A DNA stretch of 64,000 nt from Azolla caroliniana (lineage: Eukaryota; Plantae; Polypodiophyta): NCBI GenBank assembly GCA_043228905.1, contig JBHGNT010000001.1, positions 34,286,001-34,350,000 of the forward strand. The letters are read 5' to 3'. A program made the translations under genes and the position numbers. Each line of letters opens with the position of its first letter. Positions within the stretch are counted from its first letter, which is position 1. Shown here piece after piece: positions 25,245-38,585 of this stretch. The notes under the pieces were generated by a model. That model did no database searches. It was not told where the DNA came from and was given only the letters and a program-made list of their open reading frames with translations.

Positions 25245-28200
25245 AAAGTGTAGAGGCTATTCATGGCAATAACACATATATGATACATACACCATTGCAT
25301 GCATACATGTCGACTTACAAATACATAAGGCTTTCTCTTACATCATATGTAACAAATAAGTTTGTGAACATATAGTGTACTCTAATAAGAGAATCCAATA
25401 TTTGAAACCATTAATGGAGCCATTCATTTACATATTGATGTTGTATACATAGGTATTAGCCGTCCAATATTGTGCTACCATTTCCACCACAACATTTATT
25501 TATTTTCCCAAAAAGATACTACATTAGCATCAAGAAACACCCTAAGGCTAAAATGAAATATTATGTACATTTAGGTAATGAGCCCCTTTCTATTTTAATA
25601 ATGAGCCTCCACAAAATTTATCAATTTCCTCTTACTAGTTACACTATCTGCATTGATATATTATGTGACCAAGCCTTGCGGCTTATTGTATGATCCACCA
25701 TAAAACTAGCACTAGGAAAAAAATGGACTCGAAAGTGAGCCTTGTGAGAAATGTCGTTGAGATACTTCAACACTTGAGGATGGCTAAACCTCAAGGTAGT
25801 TACAAAAAAATTGTCATTTTATTGTTGTCATTAGAAAGATGCTCAAGAGAGGATTGTTGAAATTAGAGTTTTAGTTTGAATTTTACAACCTTTTCTTGAA
25901 AATGTTACAACAATTGTAGCCTAGAGAATCATTCATGAATTTTCAAATCCGTAAAAGGTTTGAGAGTGAGTTCAAATTCACATAATGATCCATTACTCTT
26001 AGACTGTTCATGGATCAAAGTATTTTTTGATAGTGTACAAGTATATAGTTTATTACTTCTACATATTTCTATCAATGGGGTTAGATGCTAAAATGAAAAA
26101 TGATAACCCATTAATAAGATTTCACAAACTTGAGCAAATTGTCTATGTTTGTGGTTATCAATGGACAAAATGCCAAACATACAACATTACTTATTGATTC
26201 ATTGGTCATTTTTTCCCAATTGATAATTTGCTTTGTTATAAATCAAATAGAGTGAAGGAGAGAAACTTGATACATGTAATGTTTGTGTCCTATGATCATG
26301 ACAACCTATGTTCGATAATACGAGAGTAAATGTGTATGTTAATTGAGAGTAATATGGGTGATTGAAGCATAGACATCCCAATAATGGTAAATTGTGCAAT
26401 TCATGAGGAAAAACTTGGACTAAAGATTTGTCCTTCTAAGGAACCCTCTATCCTTCGTAGCCTTATGAATTGATAGATACTTAAACCTTTTAGGTAGATA
26501 TCAAACATAATTGGAAAGATCTTAGCGAAAGGATTTGTAGATACTAATGATTGCTCGAATTGGCTTTGTGGTTTGAAATTGATTATCTCTTCTCTCAAAA
26601 GCAAACATTCTATCATTCATAACCTGATGCATTGGAAGGTAGCTAAACCTTTAGGTAGATATCAAATATAATTGGAAAGATCTTAGTGAGAGGATTTGTA
26701 GATACCAATGATTGTTCAAATTGGTGTTGTGATTTGAAATTGACGATCTCTTGTGTCAAAAGCAACTCCAAGATTATCCCAATGGTTGCCTCCTCCTTTG
26801 GATTGAGAGAGAATCATTTGGGAATACTCCAAATTCTTTTAAGGCTTAGAGTAGGGTTCAAAATTGAGGTAAATATTCAAAAGTAAATATTACATTTCCA
26901 CTTTAAAAGTCGGTACTAGAGAGTTTACCATGAATTTCTACAAATGAAATAAAAAAGTAATGATTATAATTTATCCATGAGCCAATGATAAAAGTGTGGC
27001 CTCACACATCTAGAGGGGAAAATGTATACAAATTATAAACACATCTTATCATTTATGTGTGGTCAAGGTAAGTGCTCTTATACAACTCTACCATCGGTCA
27101 CTTCAATGTGGAATGACTCCCAATACTATCAAATTCTAATATTTCAACATGTATAGCATTTATCCATGAGCATGTAACTTTTAGTTTGGTTGGGGGGGGG
27201 GGGGGGGGGGGGTATTTTCGTGCATTATATCTAATCTCTCGTAAGAATCCAAAATGACATGCACACCCTTTAAGTTTCTAAAGTGTCTAAATTATATTTG
27301 ATCACTCATAGGATCGTTGAAGTTCTTGGCATTAAAGAGAGCTTATCACAACTATGTATCAATTTCACAATCAACGACTCTTTTCAACCCTTTCTCCTTG
27401 TTCATGTCTCTTTCCAGCTTGTTAGATCGAGTTTTTCTGCTCACTTGAACACTTTCTTGTCAATTCTACTCGTAAGCAATCTTAGCAAATAGTTCATTAT
27501 ACCAACAACAAAATAAATGCTAAAATATACAATACAAAGTTGTGACCTAGAGTGGTCTCATCAAGGATGACAAATACAAATGTGGCCAACCGAGTTAATG
27601 ACATAACCCACCAACATGTTCTTTACACAATTCATAGAGACAATGACGAAGTCAACACTCTAAAAGCCATGCAATATAATGTTAGAACCAACATAGTTGT
27701 GATTCGTGAACTAGGGTGGCCTCATCATGGATGAAAAGCAATAATGTAGTTGACTAAGTAAAATGATGGCATGGTACACTACAACCACGTATACACAATA
27801 ATGATAAATACTCATGTAGGAAGCACATCAAAGTAGTGTGGTAGCAAAATTTGCAAGGCTAAGTACAACCATCAAGAATTACAAACTTTATGTAGACATG
27901 ATTTTGCGAGATTCTCTACGACAATGACATTGGCGTTACATCTAGTGTGAAGATACTCAATTAACCAGGCCATTTCTAGTGGAGGAGTAATTATGACTAC
28001 TAATAAAAGTAAAATCTTGAAACATATTGCCCTCTAGGGTAGAATCTAGGATTATAAATCTTAATAAGATAGATAATGGAGTGACGTGGGCTTGAGTAAA
28101 CTAGGACCAATATGTGAGATTACATACCAATAAATAGAGGATATTTTAAAGAATGAATGATAATTTATGCACAAAGACATTTGGACATTCCTACCACTTG

Positions 28201-28601
28201 TTTTGTCATGAACAATGACGAGATATATCTTTATCCTATGACTTGTTACTTGTTTGAACCCATGGTCATTAGATCCCACGTGGGTTGCTATATTGAAGAA
28301 ATGTGGGAATCATCAATGTAGCTATGGTAACTCGTAATATAGTTTCTACCAACATGCCAATGAATCCATGACTAGAGTATCAAGCATGAACCCCAAGTTC
28401 GATATAAAGGCGAGCCAACATTACTAGAGATAAATTGGAACTTCATTCGCATGTAGTGAATCCCTCATGTAAATATAAACTTAGGTTAATCTAAAACATT
28501 GAACATTTGGTACATCAATCAAATCAATCGTTAATACATGCATATGTGCATACATATAATAGAGAGAGAACAAAGTGAGTTGAGACGCATTTAAGACCAA
28601 A

Positions 28602-28725
28602 TTTGGTTATTGTCTAGCAATACATTGGTGTCACAATTGTGAACTATCCAATGTATATACACATTGGTTATTGTCTAGCAATACATTGGTGTCACAATTG
28701 TGAACTATCCAATGTATATACACAT
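28602..28725. repeat. Perfect tandem duplication of about 61 bp
   Basis: TTGGTTATTGTCTAGCAATACATTGGTGTCACAATTGTGAACTATCCAATGTATATACAC occurs twice back to back. Confidence 0.9.
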
Positions 28726-29879
28726 CTAAGAGTTTAAGAGTTTATTCATACATCAATCCATATACCAAGTGAAGCAAATTAATAAAAGCAAATAAATGAG
28801 TTGGAATGAAAAAAATAAATTTCATGCATTTTGGATGCGTCATAATACCATGGTACCCTAAGGGTTGTGGTCTACTTAAACTTCTCAAACTTGCAATGTA
28901 TATAGAAGCCCGAAAATGTGCATACTAAATAAACATAATGAACATTATTGAAGTTGGTAGAAGTAATCGATTACAATCTCCCTTCCCTCCCTCTCTCCCT
29001 CTCTCTCTCTCTTGCTTAATTAAGAGAAAATACCATGTTCTAAAGATAAGATTGTCTCTACCCATATATTATTTACAATTCAATGGTCTACCACTAAAAA
29101 GGATCATGTAAATTCATGATAATCAACCATAATTAAATAAATTCTCTCTCCGTTTTAACTTCAACTCATACACCTCATATCCTTATCTTCAATCATTCCT
29201 CTACATTGATAAAATATTTAGGCTACAAAAACAAGGTTGGGGATATAGGCAATTCTTAGACTAAACAAAGAACCCCGTAAAAAAATGCATGTGTTGATGC
29301 AAATATATGTATTGAGGTTGTGGCTAGAAATTTGAAGTATAAGTTATAAAACCCCAATTATATAAATTGTTATTCAAAATATCTTAGCGACAAGATTCCA
29401 TAACTATGGAGTTGTGAGGACTCCATGACAGTAAATTTGACACTATTTGGAAATATTGTTTGCAAGTTACAACTTTTTTTTTCTTCGAAAAAGCAGTTCC
29501 AAAGGTTCCCCTACAAGAGCCTCTCGCCTATTCGTTAAAAGAGAACCATTTGAGAATATGAATGCAACACTATTTGGAAATGTGGTTTGAACATTAAAGA
29601 GCCTTTCTCTGAAAACAATTCCAGAAGTTCGTCTTTCGACGCTTCTTTCATATTTGTTCAAAACAAAATCATTTGAGAATATTCGAGACTCTTGTAAGGG
29701 CCCAAGAAGAAGTTCAAATATCTCCAATGCAAATCTTTACTTTTATAGATAAATGTTAGAACATGTGTTGCTTCGGACCCTTAAATTCCATGTTACATAT
29801 GTGTAATTAAGAAATTTTAGCATTGTAGAGTCATGATCCTTAGTGGTTAATTAAACATAATCATGATTTTCGAGTATGA

Positions 29880-31440
29880 TTAAAAAGTTTGAATTCCCAA
29901 TGCAAGAAAGATGGGAGACTTGGACTCATTGATCCAGAAACTCAAAGCAAAGCATTGTTGGGCAAATTAATAATGAGTCTCCGACTTGGCAAGGAAGTTT
30001 GGAAAGTGTTGATGAGGCATAGATTTGATATGTGGTCTCCTAGAACAGGAGGCAAATGGTTGCCGACAAACAAATGGTTTTTGTACAAGAAATGAAGCTC
30101 AAATCTTCCAAAGTGCTTGAAGACCGTCTGATGCTCTCCATCATGGTTGCGTGGAAGACGCTTAGGGAGGAAATACATTGGAGGCAGCCATCCTCTCCTA
30201 TGGAGTGGGCTCACCAACCTCTTCGACGGAATCCCAACATTATAGATGTTAGCAGCAGAATGTTGGGAATAAATGTGATACTTCCTTGGACAGATTTAGA
30301 AAAGCAATGGCGGCCCACAGTGGCCAAGTGGTGGGAACACCAACAAGAAATCAGTAACATAATGGAAAGTGGCAATAAAAAATGGAAGAAAATTATTACA
30401 CTCATAAAAAATTCTATGTGGATATATCCTTGGGAAGCTCATGTGGCAAAACATGGCTTTGAGGGACGTAAATGGTTGGGTAGTTTCAATGCCAAAGGGG
30501 TTATTCAAGAGATTAAACGAGTTAATGCAGATGTTGAGAGCTCCACTATAATGGTAGAATTTCAGGAATGGATGCCGATTAGAGTGCTTACTAGATGCAA
30601 AAAATAATGGGAAGTAGACCCAGATAGATGCAAAAACGATGCAGCTTCTAAAATCTGGATCTTGGAGGATACATGCCTGAAGAACTTGACGTTGGATCCA
30701 GCGGAACTAGGATGGAATACTCTGAAAGGTAATATTCAGTTTTTCCGTTATTCGTCTAAGCTTGGTAGCAATATTCTACAACACAAGAACTTGGAGCAAG
30801 AGGGCACTTTAGCAAGTGGATCAAGGAAGAATTGGATTATGATTTCCTCAAACAATACTGGAAACAATTATGGGTCACTACGATTGCCGAAAAAATAAAC
30901 GCTTTCTTATGGTTATGTAGCCACATATATCTTCTAGTAGGCGCTAGAATATTAGGGGAATTGATGGGAAATGCGGGTTGTGCTCTTTAGGGCTAGAATC
31001 TCTAGAGCATTGTTTATGGGAATGCTCTCATGCACAAGAAGTTTGGTCGAAAGTGATAATAATACTAATGAAGAGCAGGCTTGAAGGTTCCACATCTTTG
31101 GGATTTGCATTATGGTGGAGATTAAAGAAAAAAGTTTGGATATCAAGAGAAATTTGGTGTTCGAATAGGCTAAGTGACATCTGGCCCACCATAGCCTCCA
31201 TCACGCCATGGAACATTTGGAAGTCTAGATGCAAGTAGGTCTCGTGGGGAAAGAAAGTCAACCAAAGGAGACAATCATTGCTCTATGGTCTGATATGATT
31301 ACGAATATACAAGCTCAATATGAAGAGTTGGAAGGAACTTAAGAGTGGAAGCTATGAGACTTTCCTTTCAACAATCATGGTCAGATTCGCCCTTGGTGGA
31401 TTATGTAGATGGCATGCCAAAATGGTTATTTCCACCTTAG
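29880..31440 (+). mobile_element. L1-type LINE 3' fragment, degenerate
   Basis: Broken ORFs give KDGRLGLIDPETQSKALLGKLI (post-RT GGLG motif), Trp-rich segments, the zf-RVT-like ESLEHCLWECSHAQEVW and WNIWKSRC. Several frameshifts and stops. Confidence 0.8.
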
Positions 31441-31614
31441 CCGCCCAACTAGGAAGGTACATGGTATTTTTCTGAAATTTTACATATTGCACAATAATAA
31501 ACACATACTTGGGTAATGTGGTTTAATGTCTATGATTACATTTCTGTTTGTACATATTGGAGTGTAAAGGCACTCTATGTAACTAATGTGAAGTATCTTT
31601 TTATAATAATAATA

Positions 31615-32211
31615 AAAGTTTATGCATTGGATGTGCCAAAAAAAATTAAGGCTTGGTTGTGGGTTCTTAGCCACAAGGCGGTACCTGTAGGCGAGTGGTT
31701 GAGCTCTCGTTGTGGTGAGGTTGGATGTAAGTTATGTGGACATGCTTTGGAATCAATCTCTCACTGTTTTTGGAATTGTACAGAGGCGATTACCATTTGG
31801 AGTAGAAGCCTTCGAATTGTGGCAGCCTGTGGTGTGAAAGGGAACATTGTGTGGGGCTCAATACAAGGATTGTCCCTAAAAGGGAATAGCTAGGGTGAAC
31901 GGTTAAACCCACAAGGACCTAGATTTATAGTGCAGGGTGGTAGCGTGTTCCAATGTGATGGGGTGAGACCAGGTACAAATTCTGAATTTTTCGAGGAGAT
32001 TTGGCTTATGGTGGCATGTTTAACGGCCTGGCGCATCTGGATCAGGCGTTGTAAGTTCGTTTTTCAGCAGCAAAAGCTCTCATGTGGGGAGATGATTTTA
32101 AATATCTGGTTTGATCGTGTGGCTTGGTTGCGCGATCGGTGTGATTCGATTCAAGGGGAATCGAAAGAAGCAGAAAGGGCAAGGTCAAAGTTCTTGTTGA
32201 AAAATAACTAG
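31615..32211 (+). mobile_element. Second, distinct L1-type LINE 3' fragment (zf-RVT region)
   Basis: PKKIKAWLW..SHKAVPVG..CKLCG..ESISHCFWNC..AITIW and WRIWIRRCKFVF, with one in-frame TAG at 31891. Confidence 0.8.
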
Positions 32212-33725
32212 AAGGCTTGATGAAGCTTCTATGAATTTTTTGATAGCTTCAAGATCCCAAACCTTTTTTAAGATTTTAACTTGTGACATGATTTTAACTT
32301 TACACAATTTACTAAAGATCTTCTTCCTAAGCTAAAGAGAGTTTAGATCATTCCAACCCATTATGTCACATCTAACTAAACAATATTGTCATGTGGTATT
32401 TTACTAAAACCTTTAACTATATGGAATCAGAATGGAAATATACATATTTGTGATGTATATGCATATACATGAGGGAATAGATCTACACAAGAATACTCAT
32501 GATAGTGCACACAAATACATTGTTAATGATACAAACTTAGAGTTAGATAATAACATGCCTATCTTACAAAATTAGGCAAGAATATATACATTTGTAAACT
32601 ACAATCAAAACTACAAATAAATACCAACCTCTGCAATAAAATTGAAGATATTTCCAAAATTCTAGCATACACATCCATTAGTGTAACTCATTTTACAATA
32701 TATGTATCTAAAATCTAGATTTTTGCTTGCAAAAACACCATAAACATTTTTGTCTTCTTTTCGAATCCATTAGTGAAACACATTGATTTAATATATTTAT
32801 ATCTAAAGACTAGATTTTTACTCTAGAAAATACCATAAACATTTTTGCCTTCTTTTGGAAAGGTAATTAATAATCTATCCATAAATTAATCATTATAATG
32901 GTCAAGTTGTTTATGAGATTATCAATTGAGCCACACTAATATTTTTATTTTTATTTTCCGAGAAAAAATTGCTTCCCATTATTTAAGTGAATTGCATATA
33001 CAAATCATGTTATGTACACTCTTAAGTATCTATAGATACTCTACTATTCACAGGTCTCATTCATATATATTTGGCTATCGTTGTGTAACACCTTAGATAA
33101 TAAAAAGGAGGGGCAATCACTATCCACATAACAAGAAACAATTGCATGACAAAACCTATTATTTCCACAAGCATCAAGACACAACTAGTGAGCTTCTGAA
33201 TGCAGCTAGACATTGATGTCAACACAAACAATATGGGTGATGTGCTCGCCAAGGGAGGGCACAACATAATATTAACGTGGCTCACCATATATGGATTGAT
33301 CTAGTGGTATCCTTGCATGCACAAATTGAAAACCTGCAAGGAGTTTCAAAGTCTCAAGAGTTGGCACAAACATAATTTATCTTAGTTTGGGAAACCACAC
33401 CATTGGTGGACTTCACGTCAAGACATCCGAAATGGTGCTTCAAGCCGAATCGGCAATGTAGTTTTGTGACTTTCCGAGTTGTTGATGGTGAGCATTGATA
33501 GCAAATGATGGTGTGGTATTAGCATTGGTTTACTAAGAGAGTTTTTTAAAGGATGACCCGAGGAGTTGTGGCCTACTTGTTCAATTGCTTGTATATATAG
33601 TTTTGTGCATGGGTGTAGTGAGTATGCACTGTATATACATATAAAGAGTGGGGACCTACAAGGCTTAGGCCTAGGTTGCATGTGTGGGGTGCTCCGTCGA
33701 TATATTTGTGTGCGTGGGTGTAGTG

Positions 33726-33905
33726 AGATTTGTTTTGGATGGCTTGTTTTAAACACGGGTTCGGCTACTAGAGATTTGTTCTGGCTTGGCTTGGCTTGGC
33801 TTAAACATGGGTTCGCCTGCCAGAGATTTCTTCTGGCCTGCCTTAGCTTAAACACGTGTTTGCCTGCCGGAGATATGTTGTAGCTCGACTTGGCTTGGCT
33901 TCCCG
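33726..33905. repeat. Degenerate tandem repeat of about 45-50 bp (about 4 copies) upstream of the VAMP gene
   Basis: The unit GAGATTTGTTCTGGCTTGGCTTAAACA(C/T)GGGTTCGCCTGCC recurs, with internal CTTGG reiterations. Confidence 0.7.
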
Positions 33906-34100
33906 GAGAGCAGAGATCGCAATGAATTTAAACTCAACAACAAAACAAAAATGAAGCTTGACGTCCACGCACACACAAATTCACGATTCTTAGAGTTCTT
34001 TAATTTTATTTTTAATTTCAACTTTAATTTTTAATTTTTTTTATTCGTCGCTTGCTTGCCTCTGCCACTCTGCTTCATCGTCGTCTTCCCTCTGCTGGCT

Positions 34101-37100
34101 ATGGCGACGAGCAGTAACGCCCTGATCTACAGCTTCGTCGCCAAAGGATGCGTTGTCTTAGCAGAGCACACCGCGTACTCGGGCAACTTCAGCACCATCG
34201 CTGTGCAATGCCTCGACAAGCTCCCTCCTTTCAACAGTAAACACACCTACGCCTGCGATGGATATTCCTTCAATTACCTCGTCGATGATGGTTTCGGTAA
34301 ACTCAGGACTTAACTTCCTTTTCTTTGTTAGCGATTGGATCTGCAAGCTTCAGTTTCTTTTACGATTTCCTAGGGTTTCCTCAGCATCTCTCCGCCTCCC
34401 CTTTTTTTATACTGCTCTTATTTGTATGCTTGACTCATTTTGTCTTAGCTTTCATTTTGTATAGTGTATTTAGTGGTTGCCAATGATGGTATGGGTAGAG
34501 AAGCACCCTTTGCATTTCTCGAACGAATAAAAGAAGATTTCAAGAAACAGTATGGCGATGGACGAGGTGCCAAATCGAGCAATTTTGATATAGATTTCGG
34601 ATATGAAGACACTTTTGACGTTGCTTATAGTTTAGACAAAGAATTTGGGTATGTATGTATGCAGCGACATGCGTGAAAATATAAGCTCCATGTTTTATAG
34701 GATTATGTATTTCTTATGAATGCTAAATTTGAAGAGGCTTTTCATAGACCAAAGCTGAAGGAACATATGCAATATCTTACCGAACATCCTGATGAAGTAA
34801 ACAAGATTGCCAAAGTCAAGGCTACCCTCTCTGATGTTAAAGGCATTGTGATTGAAAACATCGAGAAGGTATGTGTACATATTTTTCTATTTGAAGATAC
34901 ATCTTATGATCTTCATTAATAAATAAATTATAGTGGAAGGTATATCATTAGTTGTTTATTGGCAATATAATATATAGAATACAGATAACTTATCATCTCC
35001 TCATAATGGACAAATCCCCAAAATTGTCTCACTTCTTTTGCAACATACCCTTTCACCACAAGTCTTGTTTACCATTTTTTTCCATGGACCCATCAGCCTT
35101 GTAGTTGGTCATGCAGACCGTCTTGTCTGGTCAATCAACTAATTTCCTCTCCATACTTTCCAACACGGACACCAGATCCTTATTCTGGTGAATTAACTCC
35201 TTAGGGTCTTCAAGAATATCTGCCTCCAATGTGAGATTCACATTGCACATTTTCACTGAACTTCCTGTACCTTCTGCCTCCAATATCTGAGGAATATGGA
35301 GCTTCATCAAATTCTTTATCCCCAAATTCTACATTCCAACGAGTATGACCTTTTCAGCATAATAATATAGTCGACATTTGCAAGGTGCATGCACACAACA
35401 TATACAACCAAACGTTTTTAATTGCAAATTAGAAGGTTGCTCACCTAATTAAGCCTAGTAGGATTCAGGTAGTTCTGTGAGCATACACCCAAGCCATCTC
35501 GACAGTGGTCCGATTCTACCATTCCACTACTCTGTGTCGCTAGGAATATATGGAGATGTGCTATCCCCCAATTATCAGCATATGGTTTTGTACTTTTAAG
35601 TTAGATATTCTGAAAGTCACACATAAAATGTTAGTTAGAAAATCTAAAAGCCATGCATAAAACATTCGTACTGTACATATAACCATAGTTACAATCTCCA
35701 TCATCAAAATGGTGTCATCTGCAAAGTTCAAGTGTCTTTTGGCAGTTTTGCCACCTGTCTGTCATTCTATGTCCCTTGATTTGTTTGGCGAGTACCTAAT
35801 GCGGGAATGTCCATTCCAAAATATTCACTGCAAAATCTAAGCATCGCGGGGATACTAGACAGCATTGTCACATACCACATTACACATGAAATTGCTCTGG
35901 TTTTTAATTTCCCTCAATATATATGTGACGGAACATCTGTAATGAGTATGGATACCTATTATTGAAGTGTGGCTCCACCCTGGCTTGCTGTGGCATGAAA
36001 ATTATAACTTTCTCCCTTTGATGTCACCTATTCCTCCCATTCTCACTGCTGAATGATGGAGTCAAGAATTACTGCCATCAGAAAGCTGTTCAGAGTTGGT
36101 CTTACATTAATATGTTCTATAGTTACCTGTAAGAAAAGGAAGCTTTTTGTTTTTCTTCCAAGACTTCCCATTCTAGCCTGGGAATTGTACACTTCAGTTG
36201 ATTTTTCTTCAGTAATATAATCCTGTTGTATGACTTTATTATGGGAGTATTTCAGCCGTCCCAGGTTCCTTCAACTTTAATTCATTGCTTTCTTTCTTCC
36301 TTTGGAGGATATTCCTATTAATAGTGCCCCAAGAATGGTACTAGGATGAAAAAAAGAAGAAACCTGTTATGTAAAAGAAAGAAAGAAATGTTGACTCCTA
36401 GAAGCCAAAAGGAGATAGGAGACTGAATCAGAGATTGCATCTTAAGAAGATTTTCTCTCAGCTCAGAGAGTAACAAATCGAAATAAATATTAAGTAGATC
36501 AGTACAGCTGCGATAACTGCCAAATATTCCCACGAACGAATTACTTTTCGTTGTGAACGTAGATGGACTGAAACTTCTGCCTTCAAAAGATCTCCAAGAT
36601 GGACCAACCTAAGATGGAGAAATCTCTGAGCAAGGAAACCACTTTCCTTGTGGGTGATAATGGTTGTGGGTAACATGAGTAACAGGGCCATGCTCTATAT
36701 GCACGTAAAATTGCTGCTGATTAATCTTTTGAATATTCTGAAGGGGACTGATAATGATGATCCTAAATGTCTACAATGCCAGGGCATGTCTTTTTTATAA
36801 AAGAGAAACATGTACAAGAAGTAGGAGATGTGAAGGCATATGCATCCTGATTCTGAAGGATATTTTGCATGAAGCATAGGTCAATGGTAGCCAACAATTA
36901 TGCTTTATTGGCTGCCAGTAGAGATATATGCATTACTTCATAATTACTGATGTGATCTTTATCCAGCCTCGTGGTCAGGGTATGCTGAATGTTTGTTATG
37001 CTATCTTTATGAATACCGTCTGAGTGGGTTCTAAATACCATACAACTGTGAAAATTATGGCTTGTGGATATTTCAGAAATAGTTCAATTTCAACCGACTC

Positions 37101-37562
37101 TTCAAGTTATAATAAGAAATTAAGAATTGTCATCTTTTACTATATCTGTAAAATATCTATCTGAGTGGGTTCTAAATATCATTATACTAGAAAGTTGTGG
37201 ATCATGAATAATCCAGACACTTTGCAGTTTTCACCAAGTCAACCATTATTACTAACTTGTTAAAATTTCGATCCTATTTTCTAGCTTCTTGATCGAGGTG
37301 AAAGAATTGAACTGTTGGTCGACAAGACTGAGAATCTTCGATTTCAGGTAAGCCTTCTCTTCGTGCTCTACCAGATCAACATCTTTGGGAGTGGCTAAAT
37401 GGGGTTTTTTAGCAGGCTGATAGCTTTCAGCGCCAAGGGAGACAGTTACGAAGGAAGATGTGGTTACAAAGCCTCAAAGTAAAGTTGGGAGTGTCTGCCA
37501 TTGCAGTTGCTTTCTTCCTGATTGTATGGATTTCTATTTGTCATGGTTTCAGATGTAAATAA
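34101..37562 (+). CDS. VAMP727: Vesicle-associated membrane protein, VAMP72 family, VAMP727-type R-SNARE
   Basis: Exons 34101-34296, 34465-34648, 34748-34868, 37285-37347 and 37416-37562 join in frame. Longin domain [29 protein letters not shown]. Acidic insertion ..[29 protein letters not shown] motif [42 protein letters not shown]-terminal TM followed by CHGFRCK. Confidence 0.92.
35010..35330 (-). mobile_element. Ty1/Copia RT N-terminal remnant in VAMP intron 3
   Basis: The minus strand encodes YKADGSMEK...RLVVKGY, matching the Copia (K.DG.I..YKARLVAKG) motif. Heavily frameshifted. Confidence 0.55.
35690..36800 (-). mobile_element. Degenerate L1-type RT remnant in VAMP intron 3
   Basis: Minus-strand fragments appear in the expected order: [14 protein letters not shown] (QSGF-like, about 36650), KSYNRI (KAYDRV-like, about 36230) and [10 protein letters not shown] (about 35720). 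Confidence 0.55.
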
Positions 37563-38585
37563 GATGTATACATCTCTTGTAGGATTATAAAGTCATAATG
37601 ACATCTGTGGTGTTTAGTGTATATGTAAGATAATGAAGCCTTGGTTCCAACATATAAGATGGTCCAAGATATTGTCAAGTAACGAGATGTCACATCTAGA
37701 ATGGGCAGAAACTCTTGAATTTTAGCATGGACAGGATATGAATCATGATGCTCAGTACTGTATCTACATTAATGAGTTCAGCAAGGGCTCAAAGATAAAT
37801 ATATTATAGTTTGAAGGTCTTGTATGATTCTGGAATGTATGTATTGTTAGATAGATAGTGAAGGCAGGAAATAAAATTTCATATCACTCACTCTGATGTG
37901 TTGTTCCCGGTGTTTAATTGGTTGCTCGTGAATACAAAATCAGAGGAGCTTTAGGTGTCTTTGGTAATAAGAGCATGGGATGGCAGTAAAAGTTTCACAT
38001 TTTTGGCAAGAGGATACCGCAGAGAAGACCCAGTATTGGGTGGCAAACGTAAGATTGAAAAAGATTGTGGATTCCTGCAGATGATTTTTTTGTGTCAATG
38101 TATCAAAACGGTTGTTAAGGTCTTGGTCTAAGCGGTTTTCTTTTTTAGAACTTTCATTTGTAGAACCAAAACGAGATAAAACATTCAATTGCAAACGTGC
38201 TTTAGATATTGGTCACGTTGATAGGGGGCAACATCTACCAGAATAAAGCTAATGTAACTGTAATAATGGACAATGCAAAAAAATAAAAATGTAGAGGAAT
38301 AATGCAGTAAAACTTTTGATCAAACATAAAATTGTCATAATCAGATTCATCTTATTTGGTTTTGATTTCAATAATTCCAACAAAACTTGCCAGGTTAACT
38401 TTAACCTAACAAAGCATAAACAGGTCAAGAATTGGTCTCCATCTTATCTGGTCCTATTCAGGAACATTCATTCACTGATAAAAAGTAGTAAAAGTAGGTG
38501 AATTCTTAGGTGTAAAAATATCTTCACAATTTATTGTTAGTAATAGGCTCAGTACATGATATTCCTTATTAAGAAAAAAATTCAA

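Noticed and set aside
27192-27212. Poly-G/C runs (also about 384-402 and 56881-56896) as G-quadruplex elements
   Set aside because: Simple homopolymers with no supporting context, and their lengths are error-prone.
33726-33905. Repeat arrays here and at 58598-58803 considered as CRISPR-like
   Set aside because: The units are degenerate tandem repeats without unique constant-length spacers, there are no cas genes, and the context is eukaryotic.
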